A stretch of DNA of 64,000 nucleotides from contig JAYVPG010000021.1 in the NCBI GenBank assembly GCA_043757545.1, positions 13,207 through 77,206 on the forward strand. Reading direction: 5' to 3'. Of the stretch, positions 17,576-26,944 are shown in pieces. Source of the DNA: Pseudobdellovibrionaceae bacterium (GTDB taxonomy: Bacteria > Bdellovibrionota > Bdellovibrionia > Bdellovibrionales > UBA1609). Both the position numbers and the translations under genes were made by a program. The number at the start of each line of letters is the position of its first letter. Position 1 is the stretch's first letter. Below the pieces are notes generated by a model. It was not told the origin of the DNA. It ran no database searches and worked only from the letters and a program-made list of their open reading frames with translations.

Positions 17576-17995
17576 CTAGTGTTTCATGACCCAATCCCAC
17601 TCGAGTTGAATGGCCTGCATTTGAGTCAGAGTTCCAGCGCTTAATCCGTTGAAGGCCTGCAGTTCAACCATATCCTTGTCGTGAGCCTCTGCTATCGGCT
17701 GAGGCCAGAGGTTCGCCGCGCTACTATTGCCTCCGGAATTGAGTGGAATCAAATGATCGAACTCATACTTTGTCCATTCAGATTCTGGCACGCCGTAGGC
17801 CTTAGCGACTTGTAATTTTTTTTCGTGAGTTACGTTTCTCTGACAGTATGCAACGTGAGCTGGATATCGATATTTCACGAAGTCAGGATCACTCTCGGTG
17901 CATAGCGCCCCTGGAGTCAACGTAGGATTTGGACGAACAGCGAACGCAGTCGATGCTGATATCGCAACAGCTAAAAGCAGAACTATTTTTGTCAT
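17576..17995 (-). CDS. Secreted HNH-type nuclease-like protein
   Basis: It has a signal peptide (STAFA). FDHLIPLNSGGNSSAANLWPQP resembles an HNH motif. I trimmed the start to MTKIVLL. Confidence 0.55.
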   Translation of the reverse strand: MTKIVLLLAVAISASTAFAVRPNPTLTPGALCTESDPDFVKYRYPAHVAYCQRNVTHEKKLQVAKAYGVPESEWTKYEFDHLIPLNSGGNSSAANLWPQPIAEAHDKDMVELQAFNGLSAGTLTQMQAIQLEWDWVMKH

Positions 17996-18198
17996 GTGAA
18001 TCCCTCCAGAATTCAATGTGAATCGACTTCATTTTGAAATGCAAGTTATAGAATTGTAATGTCCGGCATGTCGCAGCTGGCCTTAAGACCGACGGCGAAA
18101 GTCCCGCCGAAGATTACATCTCAGTCACGGCTTCGCGCCTTTCACTATATCTGCCGAGAAGAAACCAACCTGAAAAAAGTCAATCAGGAGTGGGGGAT

Positions 18199-19059
18199 AT
18201 GATGAGACTAAAAAACGCGGTCTTGGTTTATTTGGGTTGTTACATATTGAGTTCAGGGGCTAACGCTTTTGCCGCAGGCACCGTCGATATCACCTGTCAC
18301 AATCGAATAGGTGGTACATGGAATTTTGGAACTGCGCCGAGTAGCTGCAATGTCAGTCCCCTCGCGAACTCAGTCGAACTACAGAATCAATTTAGTCCAA
18401 TCATTTTCCAAGACTCTAAAAGCAATACAACTGGCAGGACTGAATATATGAGCGCGATGTATCCGGTTTTGCGCGATACCGGCGCCTACTATATTAAGAG
18501 GCGCAATCCCAACGTAAGTGACGCGGAGGTCGCAGGCTTTCTAGATGCCCTCTATGCATTGGCAGAACAAGAGACCCTTTGGACACACTATCGCAAGGGA
18601 TCTGACGGAGTCCTGCGCTACATGCGCGGCGACAATCTTCACGGACATGGCTTCATGCAAATAGATGATCGCTCACATGTTGCCGCTCTAAAACAAGGCA
18701 AGGGAGTGGATCTCATTTACAATCTAATCTATGGACTCGACGTGTACTACAAAGGCTGGGCTCAATCGGCGAGGGCGAGCTGTGTCTCGTCTTCGGGAAA
18801 CTTTCATGATCGAGCCCGGGCAGCTTGGGCCGCTTACAACGGCGGGCCGGGCGCCATTTGTCGTTGGAAGGCAAACGGCAGGACAGACCGCGACTTCAAT
18901 GTTCGTTTTACACGCAAAGCATGGCTGAGTTTTGTATCCAATCCACAAGGCCCATCTCATTTAAATATAAACTGTTTAGTAGAAGGTGTGCGCCCTTGCG
19001 AAATGATTCGCGGTGGGCCGAGACGGTTTTCGGATTCTCCGCTACAGGTTGAGCAATGA
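18199..19059 (+). CDS. Secreted lytic transglycosylase (SLT-like) domain protein
   Basis: It has an AGGAG RBS 8 nt upstream and a signal peptide. The family-1 motifs are AEQET (catalytic Glu), GFMQID and AYNGGPG. Confidence 0.6.
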   Translation: MMRLKNAVLVYLGCYILSSGANAFAAGTVDITCHNRIGGTWNFGTAPSSCNVSPLANSVELQNQFSPIIFQDSKSNTTGRTEYMSAMYPVLRDTGAYYIKRRNPNVSDAEVAGFLDALYALAEQETLWTHYRKGSDGVLRYMRGDNLHGHGFMQIDDRSHVAALKQGKGVDLIYNLIYGLDVYYKGWAQSARASCVSSSGNFHDRARAAWAAYNGGPGAICRWKANGRTDRDFNVRFTRKAWLSFVSNPQGPSHLNINCLVEGVRPCEMIRGGPRRFSDSPLQVEQ

Positions 19060-19817
19060 GAACAACGACGGTCAAGCTCACAGCTCCAATACTGGCGTTG
19101 ACTTTGCTATGGACGCAGTGGAATCAACGATCGACACACCTAGTCTCGCCGACGCATTCACTTATACCCAATATTCAGAAGAAAAAAATTCCGCAGGTAG
19201 TAGCTGCAAAAATCAATGACCGAGTCGAAGTCCAACTTGTCGCTAAGTCTTTTGTAAACGCCTTTAGGGAACGGCTTCATGCACTTTCAAACTGCTACGA
19301 GTCCGGCTGCGTGCCAGAAAATACTGAAGGCAGAGACCGCTACTTTGAAATCGGACAGAGAATTCGCAAAGAGCTCATCGTAATGTCACGAGCTGTAAAA
19401 AAAGATCATTTCCAAGACGAACAAATATCAGAAATCGCCCGCGAATTTTTGCAAAACTCGGATGGCCACGTCAAAGCGGCCGCATTGGAACTTATCTCTA
19501 CTCAATCGACAAGCTCTGAAAATCTTCAAGCTATTCTCAATGGAGTCATTCTTGATTCCGATCCTGAACTTATCGAACAAGGATTTATCCAACTGAGTCG
19601 TTACAACTATAGTTACGACCGAATCCAAATCAACCAAGCCGTCGAGGAGACCCTTCTACACGGCTCCCCGTTCGTCGCACAAAAAATCGCGGAACAGATT
19701 TACTCTATCTTAGACGAAACAAGCTATCCATTCTATACTCAGCTCGCAAGCCAGCTCGACGACGATTCTAACGTGAAAAATATTTTAGTTGGAATGCTTT
19801 CGATGAATAAAAAATAG
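19056..19817 (+). CDS. Hypothetical protein (helical-repeat-like)
   Basis: The ORF is intact and has an ATGA overlap with the upstream gene. I recognise no family. Confidence 0.45.
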   Translation: MRTTTVKLTAPILALTLLWTQWNQRSTHLVSPTHSLIPNIQKKKIPQVVAAKINDRVEVQLVAKSFVNAFRERLHALSNCYESGCVPENTEGRDRYFEIGQRIRKELIVMSRAVKKDHFQDEQISEIAREFLQNSDGHVKAAALELISTQSTSSENLQAILNGVILDSDPELIEQGFIQLSRYNYSYDRIQINQAVEETLLHGSPFVAQKIAEQIYSILDETSYPFYTQLASQLDDDSNVKNILVGMLSMNKK

Positions 19818-19824
19818 TCTAGTT

Positions 19825-20691
19825 TTACGGCGAAAACGGTTCCCCTAAAAGCCGTACGCCAACTAATAAATAAGAATGATTCTTGTGATCGGAAGAATAA
19901 ATACTTTCGCCCATCGAGCCAAATGCCATAATGCTCTTGTGGACCGATCCAAGAATCCCGACGTTCAGTTTATCCAGCTGTTCTCGCGAACCTTCTGAAT
20001 TTCGAGCGAGGTGTTGCTCAGTTGAAAGTTCGCTCATAAACGCGACATATCTAGATATTGGAAAGCCAACACCAGCAGACATCAAAATCCGATCTAAAGA
20101 ATCGCCTCGAGAAAACAATTGATAGCCCAAATTTCCGGTGAACATCATGGCGCCTTTTGCTGTCTCACCGATTTTTTTTGAGATTAAAACTGGGAGAGTG
20201 ACGGCCGTACCAGGATCCGCCAAATTTCTTTTTTCAGCGTCGGAGTATGGCGTGATGAACTCGACTTGCGGATAGGTTGCAAGCTGCAGTTCAACACGCT
20301 CATTTTCAAAAAACAGTGCCTTGATACCTAACTTTGATGCGCCAACGCCGGATGTGGACTTTTCACTCGTTTGGCTATTTACAAATGGAACTTCGTACTT
20401 GATTTGAAGATTGTCTCCGACACCAAAGTTCATATCAAGAAGCGGCAGATCCCAACTCTTGTCTACGTTCGTGATATCACCATCGACCAAAAAATTTAAT
20501 TCCCATTTATTGCAGCCGGGAGTAGCCGGGTCATCCACGTCCAATGGCGGCGACTGTGGAGAGGTCTCTAGCTTATCGCTCGTCTCGTGCTCACACTTCG
20601 CTCTCAGCAATTGGAAATGGCTTTCGCCATCGCTAGCGTAGGCAACCGACATACTCATACTGAACAAAAGTGTAATAAGAATAGCTGTCAC
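19825..20691 (-). CDS. Putative outer-membrane beta-barrel transporter (MetA-pathway/phenol-degradation-like)
   Basis: It has a signal peptide (AYA-SD). WELNFLVDGD...LLDMNFGVGDNLQIKYEVPF resembles that family. Confidence 0.4.
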   Translation of the reverse strand: MTAILITLLFSMSMSVAYASDGESHFQLLRAKCEHETSDKLETSPQSPPLDVDDPATPGCNKWELNFLVDGDITNVDKSWDLPLLDMNFGVGDNLQIKYEVPFVNSQTSEKSTSGVGASKLGIKALFFENERVELQLATYPQVEFITPYSDAEKRNLADPGTAVTLPVLISKKIGETAKGAMMFTGNLGYQLFSRGDSLDRILMSAGVGFPISRYVAFMSELSTEQHLARNSEGSREQLDKLNVGILGSVHKSIMAFGSMGESIYSSDHKNHSYLLVGVRLLGEPFSP

Positions 20692-20804
20692 CTATCTTTC
20701 CCCCCAACTAGATAAAAACTTTGAAGCTAGTTATTACTCGAACGCAGTGGCATGTCGATTATATTTGCCTTGGATTAGCCTCGATGAAACTCTGCTCCGA
20801 CGAA

Positions 20805-20822
20805 CATTACAGACTTGTAATG
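20805..20822. promoter_or_regulatory. CusR/HprR-type palindromic operator candidate
   Basis: cattacagacttgtaatg is a perfect 7-bp inverted repeat with a 4-nt spacer. It lies about 50 nt upstream of the kinase ATG. It is very close to the CATTACA-N4-TGTAATG box I recall for E. coli HprR/CusR. Confidence 0.45.
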
Positions 20823-20873
20823 ATTTTTGACTAACTCTATGCACTATAATTTTCGCAATCGGATTGGAGCGCT

Positions 20874-22274
20874 ATGTTTTCAGGGAATCTTCGGCAAGCG
20901 ACTCGCAAAATTGGATTCAAACTCAGCGTCGGATTCACGATTCTTTTCATTGTTGGATCAGCGATGGTTTTTGCGATTCTCTATTTTCTTCTTTTCCATT
21001 CTCTAGAGCGAAGAGATCGTGAAATTATTGAAACGCGGCTCAAGCAATACGCTGTCGCTTACCAGGTAGCAGGAGAAGACGGCTTAAAAGCGGCCCTAGA
21101 TGATCGCAAAAATGGGGTTGATGGTACAAAACTCTTGGTGCGCTTGCAAAATTCAGACGGAAAACTGATCTTCTATCACTTTCCAGAAAAGACAGTCGAC
21201 TTTGACCCCGATGACGTTGAGCGACGCTTAGCTCACCAAGGTCTAACTGGCGGCTGGATGCGAATCGAGTCGGCTCACGATGAAGAAGATGCAATTGAAG
21301 TCTTGTCACAGCGACTTTCCGACGGAAGACTCATTCAAATTGGCAAGGATACTGACGATCGAGAAGAAACTCTTGAAGGATTCAGAAAGTCATTTCTTTT
21401 GACAATTGCACTGCTGGCGCTGATCGGGCTCCTCGCGGGTTTAATTTTCTCAAACAGAACTCTGCGTCCCATTCGAAGCGTCATAGGCACAATTAAATCC
21501 ATTCAATCTGGACAAGTCGACGCACGAGTCCCCATAAATAAGTCGGGAGATGAACTCGACGAGCTGGCCTTACTGTTTAACGAAATGCTCGAAAAAAATC
21601 AAAAGTTAGACCGTGGCATACGCGAGTCGATTGATGCCGTCGCACACGATCTCAGAACTCCGATGACTCGCATTTTAGGTCTTGCTGAACGTGGCCTAGG
21701 ATCCGACAACTTTGCGGCGAAGGACGAAGCGCTTGTCGAGTGTATCGATAGCTCAAATCAAATTCTCACACTTCTAAACGCCATTATGGACATTTCTGAA
21801 GCGAATGCCGGAGCGATGACTCTGCGACTAGAGTCCTGGAGCTTAAAAAAAATGTTAGGTGAAATAGCAGATCTCTACGAACTCGTAGCCGAGGAGCGGA
21901 ATATAGCTATCTCTGTTCATTCCGACAATTCCATTTTAGTCGCTGACGTTCGCTTTAAGCAGGTGCTCGCAAACCTTGTAGACAATGCTCTAAAGTTTTC
22001 GAATAATGGTTCGGTCGTTAAAATCACCGGTACTCAGAACGAATCACATATTTTAATCGAGGTTCAAGACGAAGGTCATGGGATTGCAGGTGACGAACTT
22101 TCGCGTATTTGGGATAGACTTTATCGGGGTGACTCCAGCCGCGCGACCCGAGGGATGGGACTCGGACTAAGCCTAGTGAAGGCAATCGTAGCTGCCCATG
22201 GGGGCACCGTTGAGGTCGAGAGTACGCTTGGGAAAGGATCGATTTTTCGGATCCGCATCTTAAAAATTACATAA
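20874..22274 (+). CDS. Sensor histidine kinase (CusS/HprS-like architecture)
   Basis: It has two TM segments flanking a periplasmic domain, a HAMP region, the H-box VAHDLRTPM, and the N, G1 and G2 boxes (DNALKF, DEGHGI, GMGLGL). Confidence 0.85.
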   Translation: MFSGNLRQATRKIGFKLSVGFTILFIVGSAMVFAILYFLLFHSLERRDREIIETRLKQYAVAYQVAGEDGLKAALDDRKNGVDGTKLLVRLQNSDGKLIFYHFPEKTVDFDPDDVERRLAHQGLTGGWMRIESAHDEEDAIEVLSQRLSDGRLIQIGKDTDDREETLEGFRKSFLLTIALLALIGLLAGLIFSNRTLRPIRSVIGTIKSIQSGQVDARVPINKSGDELDELALLFNEMLEKNQKLDRGIRESIDAVAHDLRTPMTRILGLAERGLGSDNFAAKDEALVECIDSSNQILTLLNAIMDISEANAGAMTLRLESWSLKKMLGEIADLYELVAEERNIAISVHSDNSILVADVRFKQVLANLVDNALKFSNNGSVVKITGTQNESHILIEVQDEGHGIAGDELSRIWDRLYRGDSSRATRGMGLGLSLVKAIVAAHGGTVEVESTLGKGSIFRIRILKIT

Positions 22275-22374
22275 TTGTAATATCAGAAATCTGTGTTGTT
22301 CAAACCAGAATTTCGGATATATTCAGCGAAATTATCCGTATGCACGCAACCAGATTACAATAGTGAGTATTCAA

Positions 22375-23172
22375 ATGAAGTCGGCAAACGAAAACGTTTC
22401 ACGCATTGTCAACAAACTGCCTCAAATTACAGCGGCGTTTTGGTTTATGAAAATCACCGCTACAACTCTGGGCGAAACCGGCGGCGACTGGCTATCTATG
22501 ACTATGAACGTCGGTTATCTGATAAGCACGCTGATCTTCTTTGCTCTATTTGCGGTTGCACTTGGCACTCAGCTGTTTGCGACCAAACATAATCCGTTTC
22601 TGTATTGGACTGTGATCATTGCAACCAGCACTGCGGGCACAACCATGTCGGACTACATGGATCGAACTTTGGAACTAGGCTATACAAAAGGGGCCGCTAT
22701 CTTGCTTACCATTTTACTTTGCCTGCTCACAATTTGGCGAATGACCGTTGGTAACGTGCAGGTCACCGACATTCGTTCGCGAAAAGCCGAGCTGTTTTAC
22801 TGGTTCACGATCCTCTTCTCAAATACACTGGGGACTGCGCTTGGTGATTTTTTAGCTGACGACTCGGGTCTCGGTTTCTTTGGCAGTTGGCTACTGATCA
22901 CGACCATCCTATTGGTAATTCTTGCTGCCTCATATTTTAGCCGAATCAATAAGGTCTTTTTATTTTGGGTCGCATTCATCTTAACTAGACCGTTTGGCGC
23001 AACGTTTGGGGATGTTCTGACTAAAACCAAGGCAAAAGGTGGGCTAAATTTCGGAACTGGCTATTCCTCGCTGATACTTCTAGCGATCTTGGTTGCGACG
23101 ATTCTATCTGTGCAGAGAAGCAAACAAGATCGATGGATAGAAAATACCAGTGGGTTGCCTACCCTCCCTTAA
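22375..23172 (+). CDS. COG4705-family membrane-anchored protein
   Basis: LPQITAAFWFMKITATTLGETGGDWLSM and an internally repeated TLGTALGDFLAD are typical of this family. I trimmed the start to the ATG at 22375. Confidence 0.55.
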   Translation: MKSANENVSRIVNKLPQITAAFWFMKITATTLGETGGDWLSMTMNVGYLISTLIFFALFAVALGTQLFATKHNPFLYWTVIIATSTAGTTMSDYMDRTLELGYTKGAAILLTILLCLLTIWRMTVGNVQVTDIRSRKAELFYWFTILFSNTLGTALGDFLADDSGLGFFGSWLLITTILLVILAASYFSRINKVFLFWVAFILTRPFGATFGDVLTKTKAKGGLNFGTGYSSLILLAILVATILSVQRSKQDRWIENTSGLPTLP

Positions 23173-23833
23173 AAATATAGCCGATTCCTCGTACCGTTTG
23201 GATTGTTTTTTCGGAAAATCCCTTGTCGAGCTTATTGCGCAAACGACAAACAAGTACATCGACTACATTTGTTTGAGGATCGAACTTGTAGTTCCAAACC
23301 CGTTCCAAGATTTGCGTCTTGGTAATAACCTGCCCGGGATTGCGCAAAAAATATTCAAGCAAAGAAAATTCCTTAGCCTGCAGCTCAATCTTTTTTCCGT
23401 CTCGAAGTACAGTGCGTGACAGCAGATCAACGCTAACCGATCCGCTTGAAATTTGTGCGGCATCAATCGCCTTGATTGATCTCCGTAGCAACGCCTGAAT
23501 CCGCGCCAGAAGTTCAGCAAAAGCGAAGGGTTTAACCACATAGTCATCTCCTCCAGATTGCAAACCTGACACCCGATCGTCGATCGAGCGTTTAGCACTA
23601 AGAATAAGGACCGGTGAGTCGACACCTTGTCGACGCAACCGACTGACGATTTCAAGTCCGTCGATCTTGGGTAGCATGATATCAATGATCAGAAGGTCAT
23701 AACGCTGACTCAGACCAAGGCTCAAGCCGTGCTCTCCATCAAACGCGGCATCGACTTCAAAACCGGCCTCACTCAGGCCCTTCTGAATTAATTTAGAAAT
23801 TTTGATATCATCTTCGATCGCAAGAATTTTCAC
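23159..23833 (-). CDS. OmpR-family response regulator, CusR/CopR/HprR-like
   Basis: The receiver domain has DLLIIDIMLP and VKPFAFAELLARIQALLRR, which is nearly identical to E. coli CusR as I recall it. The C-terminus is a winged helix (VRGIGYIF). Confidence 0.9.
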   Translation of the reverse strand: MKILAIEDDIKISKLIQKGLSEAGFEVDAAFDGEHGLSLGLSQRYDLLIIDIMLPKIDGLEIVSRLRRQGVDSPVLILSAKRSIDDRVSGLQSGGDDYVVKPFAFAELLARIQALLRRSIKAIDAAQISSGSVSVDLLSRTVLRDGKKIELQAKEFSLLEYFLRNPGQVITKTQILERVWNYKFDPQTNVVDVLVCRLRNKLDKGFSEKTIQTVRGIGYIFKGG

Positions 23834-23985
23834 AGCTTCTTCCTTATGCTTTCGGTTCTAAGGCAGCAGTCTAGCGTAACTTCGGAGGGAAGGGTACGGA
23901 ACAAGCGAAATCAAAAAGTAACGATCCTGTAATAGTTCGCCGAATAAAAAGCCTGTTAACGTCAAGCAACATTTCCGCATTGAGA

Positions 23986-24315
23986 TTAGTTGTGCCCATT
24001 ACCTTTTTCGCTGAGGTCCTGTTTCACTTCTTCAGCCTCTTCTGCTGAAGACTCAACCTTGCTACTGACAACTTTTCCACTTCTCGCATTCACTAAGACC
24101 TCATTTATGGTGTCATCGCTGGCAGCGATGTCAAACGAGTAGACCCATTGACCCATCTCAAATTCAAGTTCGTGACTCTTGCCCTTTCCAGCGGTGACTT
24201 TTAACGCAATCGCCTCCGCGGCCTTGATTCCTATAGCATCACGCGGAGCCATTTCGGCCGCGCTGCCAAGTGAAGATAAGACCGATATAAATAGCACGAG
24301 TAAATAGATTCTCAT
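23986..24315 (-). CDS. PepSY-domain secreted protein
   Basis: It has a signal peptide and WVYSFDIAASDDTINEVLVNARSGKVV, a PepSY-like stretch. Confidence 0.6.
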   Translation of the reverse strand: MRIYLLVLFISVLSSLGSAAEMAPRDAIGIKAAEAIALKVTAGKGKSHELEFEMGQWVYSFDIAASDDTINEVLVNARSGKVVSSKVESSAEEAEEVKQDLSEKGNGHN

Positions 24316-24473
24316 ATCCCCTCCATTACGCTTGATTCTACTTCATATCGAATTGCGCGATCAGGGATTTTGGTCCAGCTCCCGATTACATCTTTGAAAT
24401 CTACATTACGTGAAATCCAACTAGCCTCGATTTTTTTCTATCTCGGTCGAAAAGAGAAGATCGGAGGCTCGAA

Positions 24474-25223
24474 ATGAATAAACAATTATTATTGGTATTT
24501 ACGGCTCTCACTATTTTCCGACCCGCAGCACACGCCATTCAAAGCGACGCTAACATCGCGCAACTGCCAGACGACAGAACTAAAGAGGCAATCATTGCTC
24601 CCTCAGACAAAGACCTGAATGCTACAAATAGAGTTACTCGACTCGGCTTTCGTTCGCCGAATCTTGCACCGAGTGAACTTGTTGAATTGCACGCGAAATA
24701 TTCATACGTAGACCCCTTGAGCATAGTTCCACAGAAATTGAGAGACGACGCTTTAGCGTACTACCATGCCAACCAAGGACGCTTTCGCAATAAGAGTTTC
24801 ATTTCTATCGTTGATTTTTCCTTGAACTCATCACAGGCGCGTCTCTTTATCGTCGATATGAGCACCGGTGCCGTTTGGGCAATACACGTCGCTCACGGTA
24901 AGGGTTCCGACCCAAACAACGACGGAACAGCTGAAAAATTCAGTAATACTGCCGGTAGCGAAATGTCCTCGCTGGGCTTTTATGCAACAGCGGAAACCTA
25001 CCAGGGTAAACACGGACTTTCCTTGCGCGTTGACGGATTGTCGGCGACAAACTCAAATGTTCGTAGTCGCGCGGTCGTTATTCACGGAGCAAATTATGTA
25101 AGTGATGCTAATTTACGACCCGGCCGCAGCTGGGGCTGTTTCGCAATTCCTATGAACGACCGCGACAAAGTGATTGGTCTGCTAAAGACCGGAAGCCTGC
25201 TCTACGCCGGTCTTTCAAAATAG
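24474..25223 (+). CDS. YkuD_2-type L,D-transpeptidase catalytic-domain family protein (paralog of 35690-36466)
   Basis: It has a signal peptide. VVIHGANYV...GRSWGCFAIP carries the catalytic His and Cys context. Confidence 0.65.
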   Translation: MNKQLLLVFTALTIFRPAAHAIQSDANIAQLPDDRTKEAIIAPSDKDLNATNRVTRLGFRSPNLAPSELVELHAKYSYVDPLSIVPQKLRDDALAYYHANQGRFRNKSFISIVDFSLNSSQARLFIVDMSTGAVWAIHVAHGKGSDPNNDGTAEKFSNTAGSEMSSLGFYATAETYQGKHGLSLRVDGLSATNSNVRSRAVVIHGANYVSDANLRPGRSWGCFAIPMNDRDKVIGLLKTGSLLYAGLSK

Positions 25224-25264
25224 TAAAATCAACGTCAATCGAAAGAAATTTTTTTAAACCTAAA

Positions 25265-25300
25265 CCGCCCCGTTCCATAACTCGAGTCGGGGCAGTTTTT
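25265..25300 (+). terminator. Rho-independent terminator candidate
   Basis: ccgccccg...cggggcag forms the stem and a ttttt run follows. It lies 42 nt after the stop at 25223. Confidence 0.5.
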
Positions 25301-25501
25301 CATTTGGGCATTCTATATTGAGTTCGTTTTCATTTTTTTCCCTTCGTTGAAATTGTTAAAAATGAGAATTGCAAAAATCTGTCCAACGAAAATCGTGTAA
25401 GCCTTTCAGATGCGCCGCATCCGAAATAGGAAACGGGCACTTTTGGCGGGCGGATCGGGATTTTACGGACTTTTTACGCGCACCCTTGATAATCTGCCGC
25501 C

Positions 25502-26944
25502 ATGAACCACAACGGGTTTGCCCGACTCATTCGCTATTGGTGGACACTCTGGGGAGTGATCGGACTGACTGTCCTAAGTGCACTCGTTGATCCGTTCCTT
25601 GGCTATCGCTCGGTCGGATTTATTTTCCTACTCGGCGTATTGGCCATTGGATCCATCGCCCCCCTGGGCCCCGTTTTGTTCGCAGCGATCCTAAGCACCA
25701 TCGGGTGGAACTTCTTTTTTATCCCGCCGCGCTTTACGATTGCGATCTCACAACCCGAAGATTTAATTATGTGTCTGAGCTTTTTCGTTGTTGCCGTTTG
25801 CACGGGAGCACTCACCGCAAGATCCAAACGCCATCAGCAATTGGCTGAGGAACGCGAAGAGCGTACGATGTTTCTCTACGACGTGCTCCAAGATATCTCA
25901 GTGGCCGCGCGACCAGAGGAATACATCTCCCGCATCGAATGGCGCATTAAAGAACTGCTCGGCGGCAAATGTTTTATTTTGCTAAACGATGGGCAGGGAA
26001 AGACCGCGAATCATGATCTGAGTGCAAAATACCCAAATCAAAAAGTCACTTCTCTTGACGTAAAAGGGCGTAACGAAAGTGTTGGCGTGCTCGCCATTGT
26101 GACTGACGATGAAAATCCACTGGCCAGACCCGAAGCGCAAACCCTTCTGGAATCCGTCGCCCATCAGCTGGGCCTGGCACTCGAGCGCTCGCATATCGAG
26201 CAAAAGCTAAGAGAAAGCGAACGCCTTCAAGAGTCAGAACATCTTCATCAGACTCTGTTGAATTCGATCTCTCACGAACTGCGAACTCCGCTAACGACTA
26301 TCATGGGATCGGCCACGGCACTAGAAGACGATTCTTCGCCCGACACGCGGGAGTTTCGCAAGGCCCTTGCGACGGAGCTTTCTCAGGCCAGCGATCGGCT
26401 GAATCGAGTCATTGGAAATCTATTGGACATGAGCCGCCTGAGCTCCGGTGCCCTCGCGATTCACAAAGAGTGGCACGATCTGCACGATCTCGTGGGTGTC
26501 GTCTTGAACGGCCTGCAGAACAATTTAAAAAATCACCGAGTCACCGTGCGACTCGCCGACAATTTGCCATTACTAGAGATTGATTTTCGACTATTTGAAC
26601 ATGCCTTGGCAAATGTCGTACTCAACGCCGCCACCTACTCGCCGCGCGGAACAGAAATTGAAATTTCGGCCACAATCGAGAAGCAAAATATGGTGATTGG
26701 AGTGATGGACTTTGGACCCGGCATACCTGCGGATTCAATGGAGAAAATATTTGAGAAATTCTATCGCGTCCCAGGGACTCCACCGGGCGGAACCGGACTT
26801 GGACTGTCTATAGTCAAAAGCATTATCGAATTTCACAAAGGTCAGATTGCGGCATCCAATCGGCCGAATGGCGGAGCCCGCATCACAATTCATTTGCCTC
26901 TAGGACTACCGCCAAAGGCACCAGTGGAGAATCGCCATGGATAG
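25502..26944 (+). CDS. KdpD-like sensor histidine kinase lacking the N-terminal KdpD/Usp module
   Basis: It has a DUF4118-type membrane block (FIFLLGVLAIG...WNFFFIPPRFT), the H-box SHELRTPL and a HATPase domain (GTGLGLS). Confidence 0.8.
   Translation: MNHNGFARLIRYWWTLWGVIGLTVLSALVDPFLGYRSVGFIFLLGVLAIGSIAPLGPVLFAAILSTIGWNFFFIPPRFTIAISQPEDLIMCLSFFVVAVCTGALTARSKRHQQLAEEREERTMFLYDVLQDISVAARPEEYISRIEWRIKELLGGKCFILLNDGQGKTANHDLSAKYPNQKVTSLDVKGRNESVGVLAIVTDDENPLARPEAQTLLESVAHQLGLALERSHIEQKLRESERLQESEHLHQTLLNSISHELRTPLTTIMGSATALEDDSSPDTREFRKALATELSQASDRLNRVIGNLLDMSRLSSGALAIHKEWHDLHDLVGVVLNGLQNNLKNHRVTVRLADNLPLLEIDFRLFEHALANVVLNAATYSPRGTEIEISATIEKQNMVIGVMDFGPGIPADSMEKIFEKFYRVPGTPPGGTGLGLSIVKSIIEFHKGQIAASNRPNGGARITIHLPLGLPPKAPVENRHG

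Noticed and set aside
22293-22592. A 99-aa plus-strand ORF overlapping the start of the COG4705 gene.
   Set aside because: It is in a different frame over a region where the COG4705 frame shows its strongly conserved N-terminal motif. Its own translation is low-complexity.
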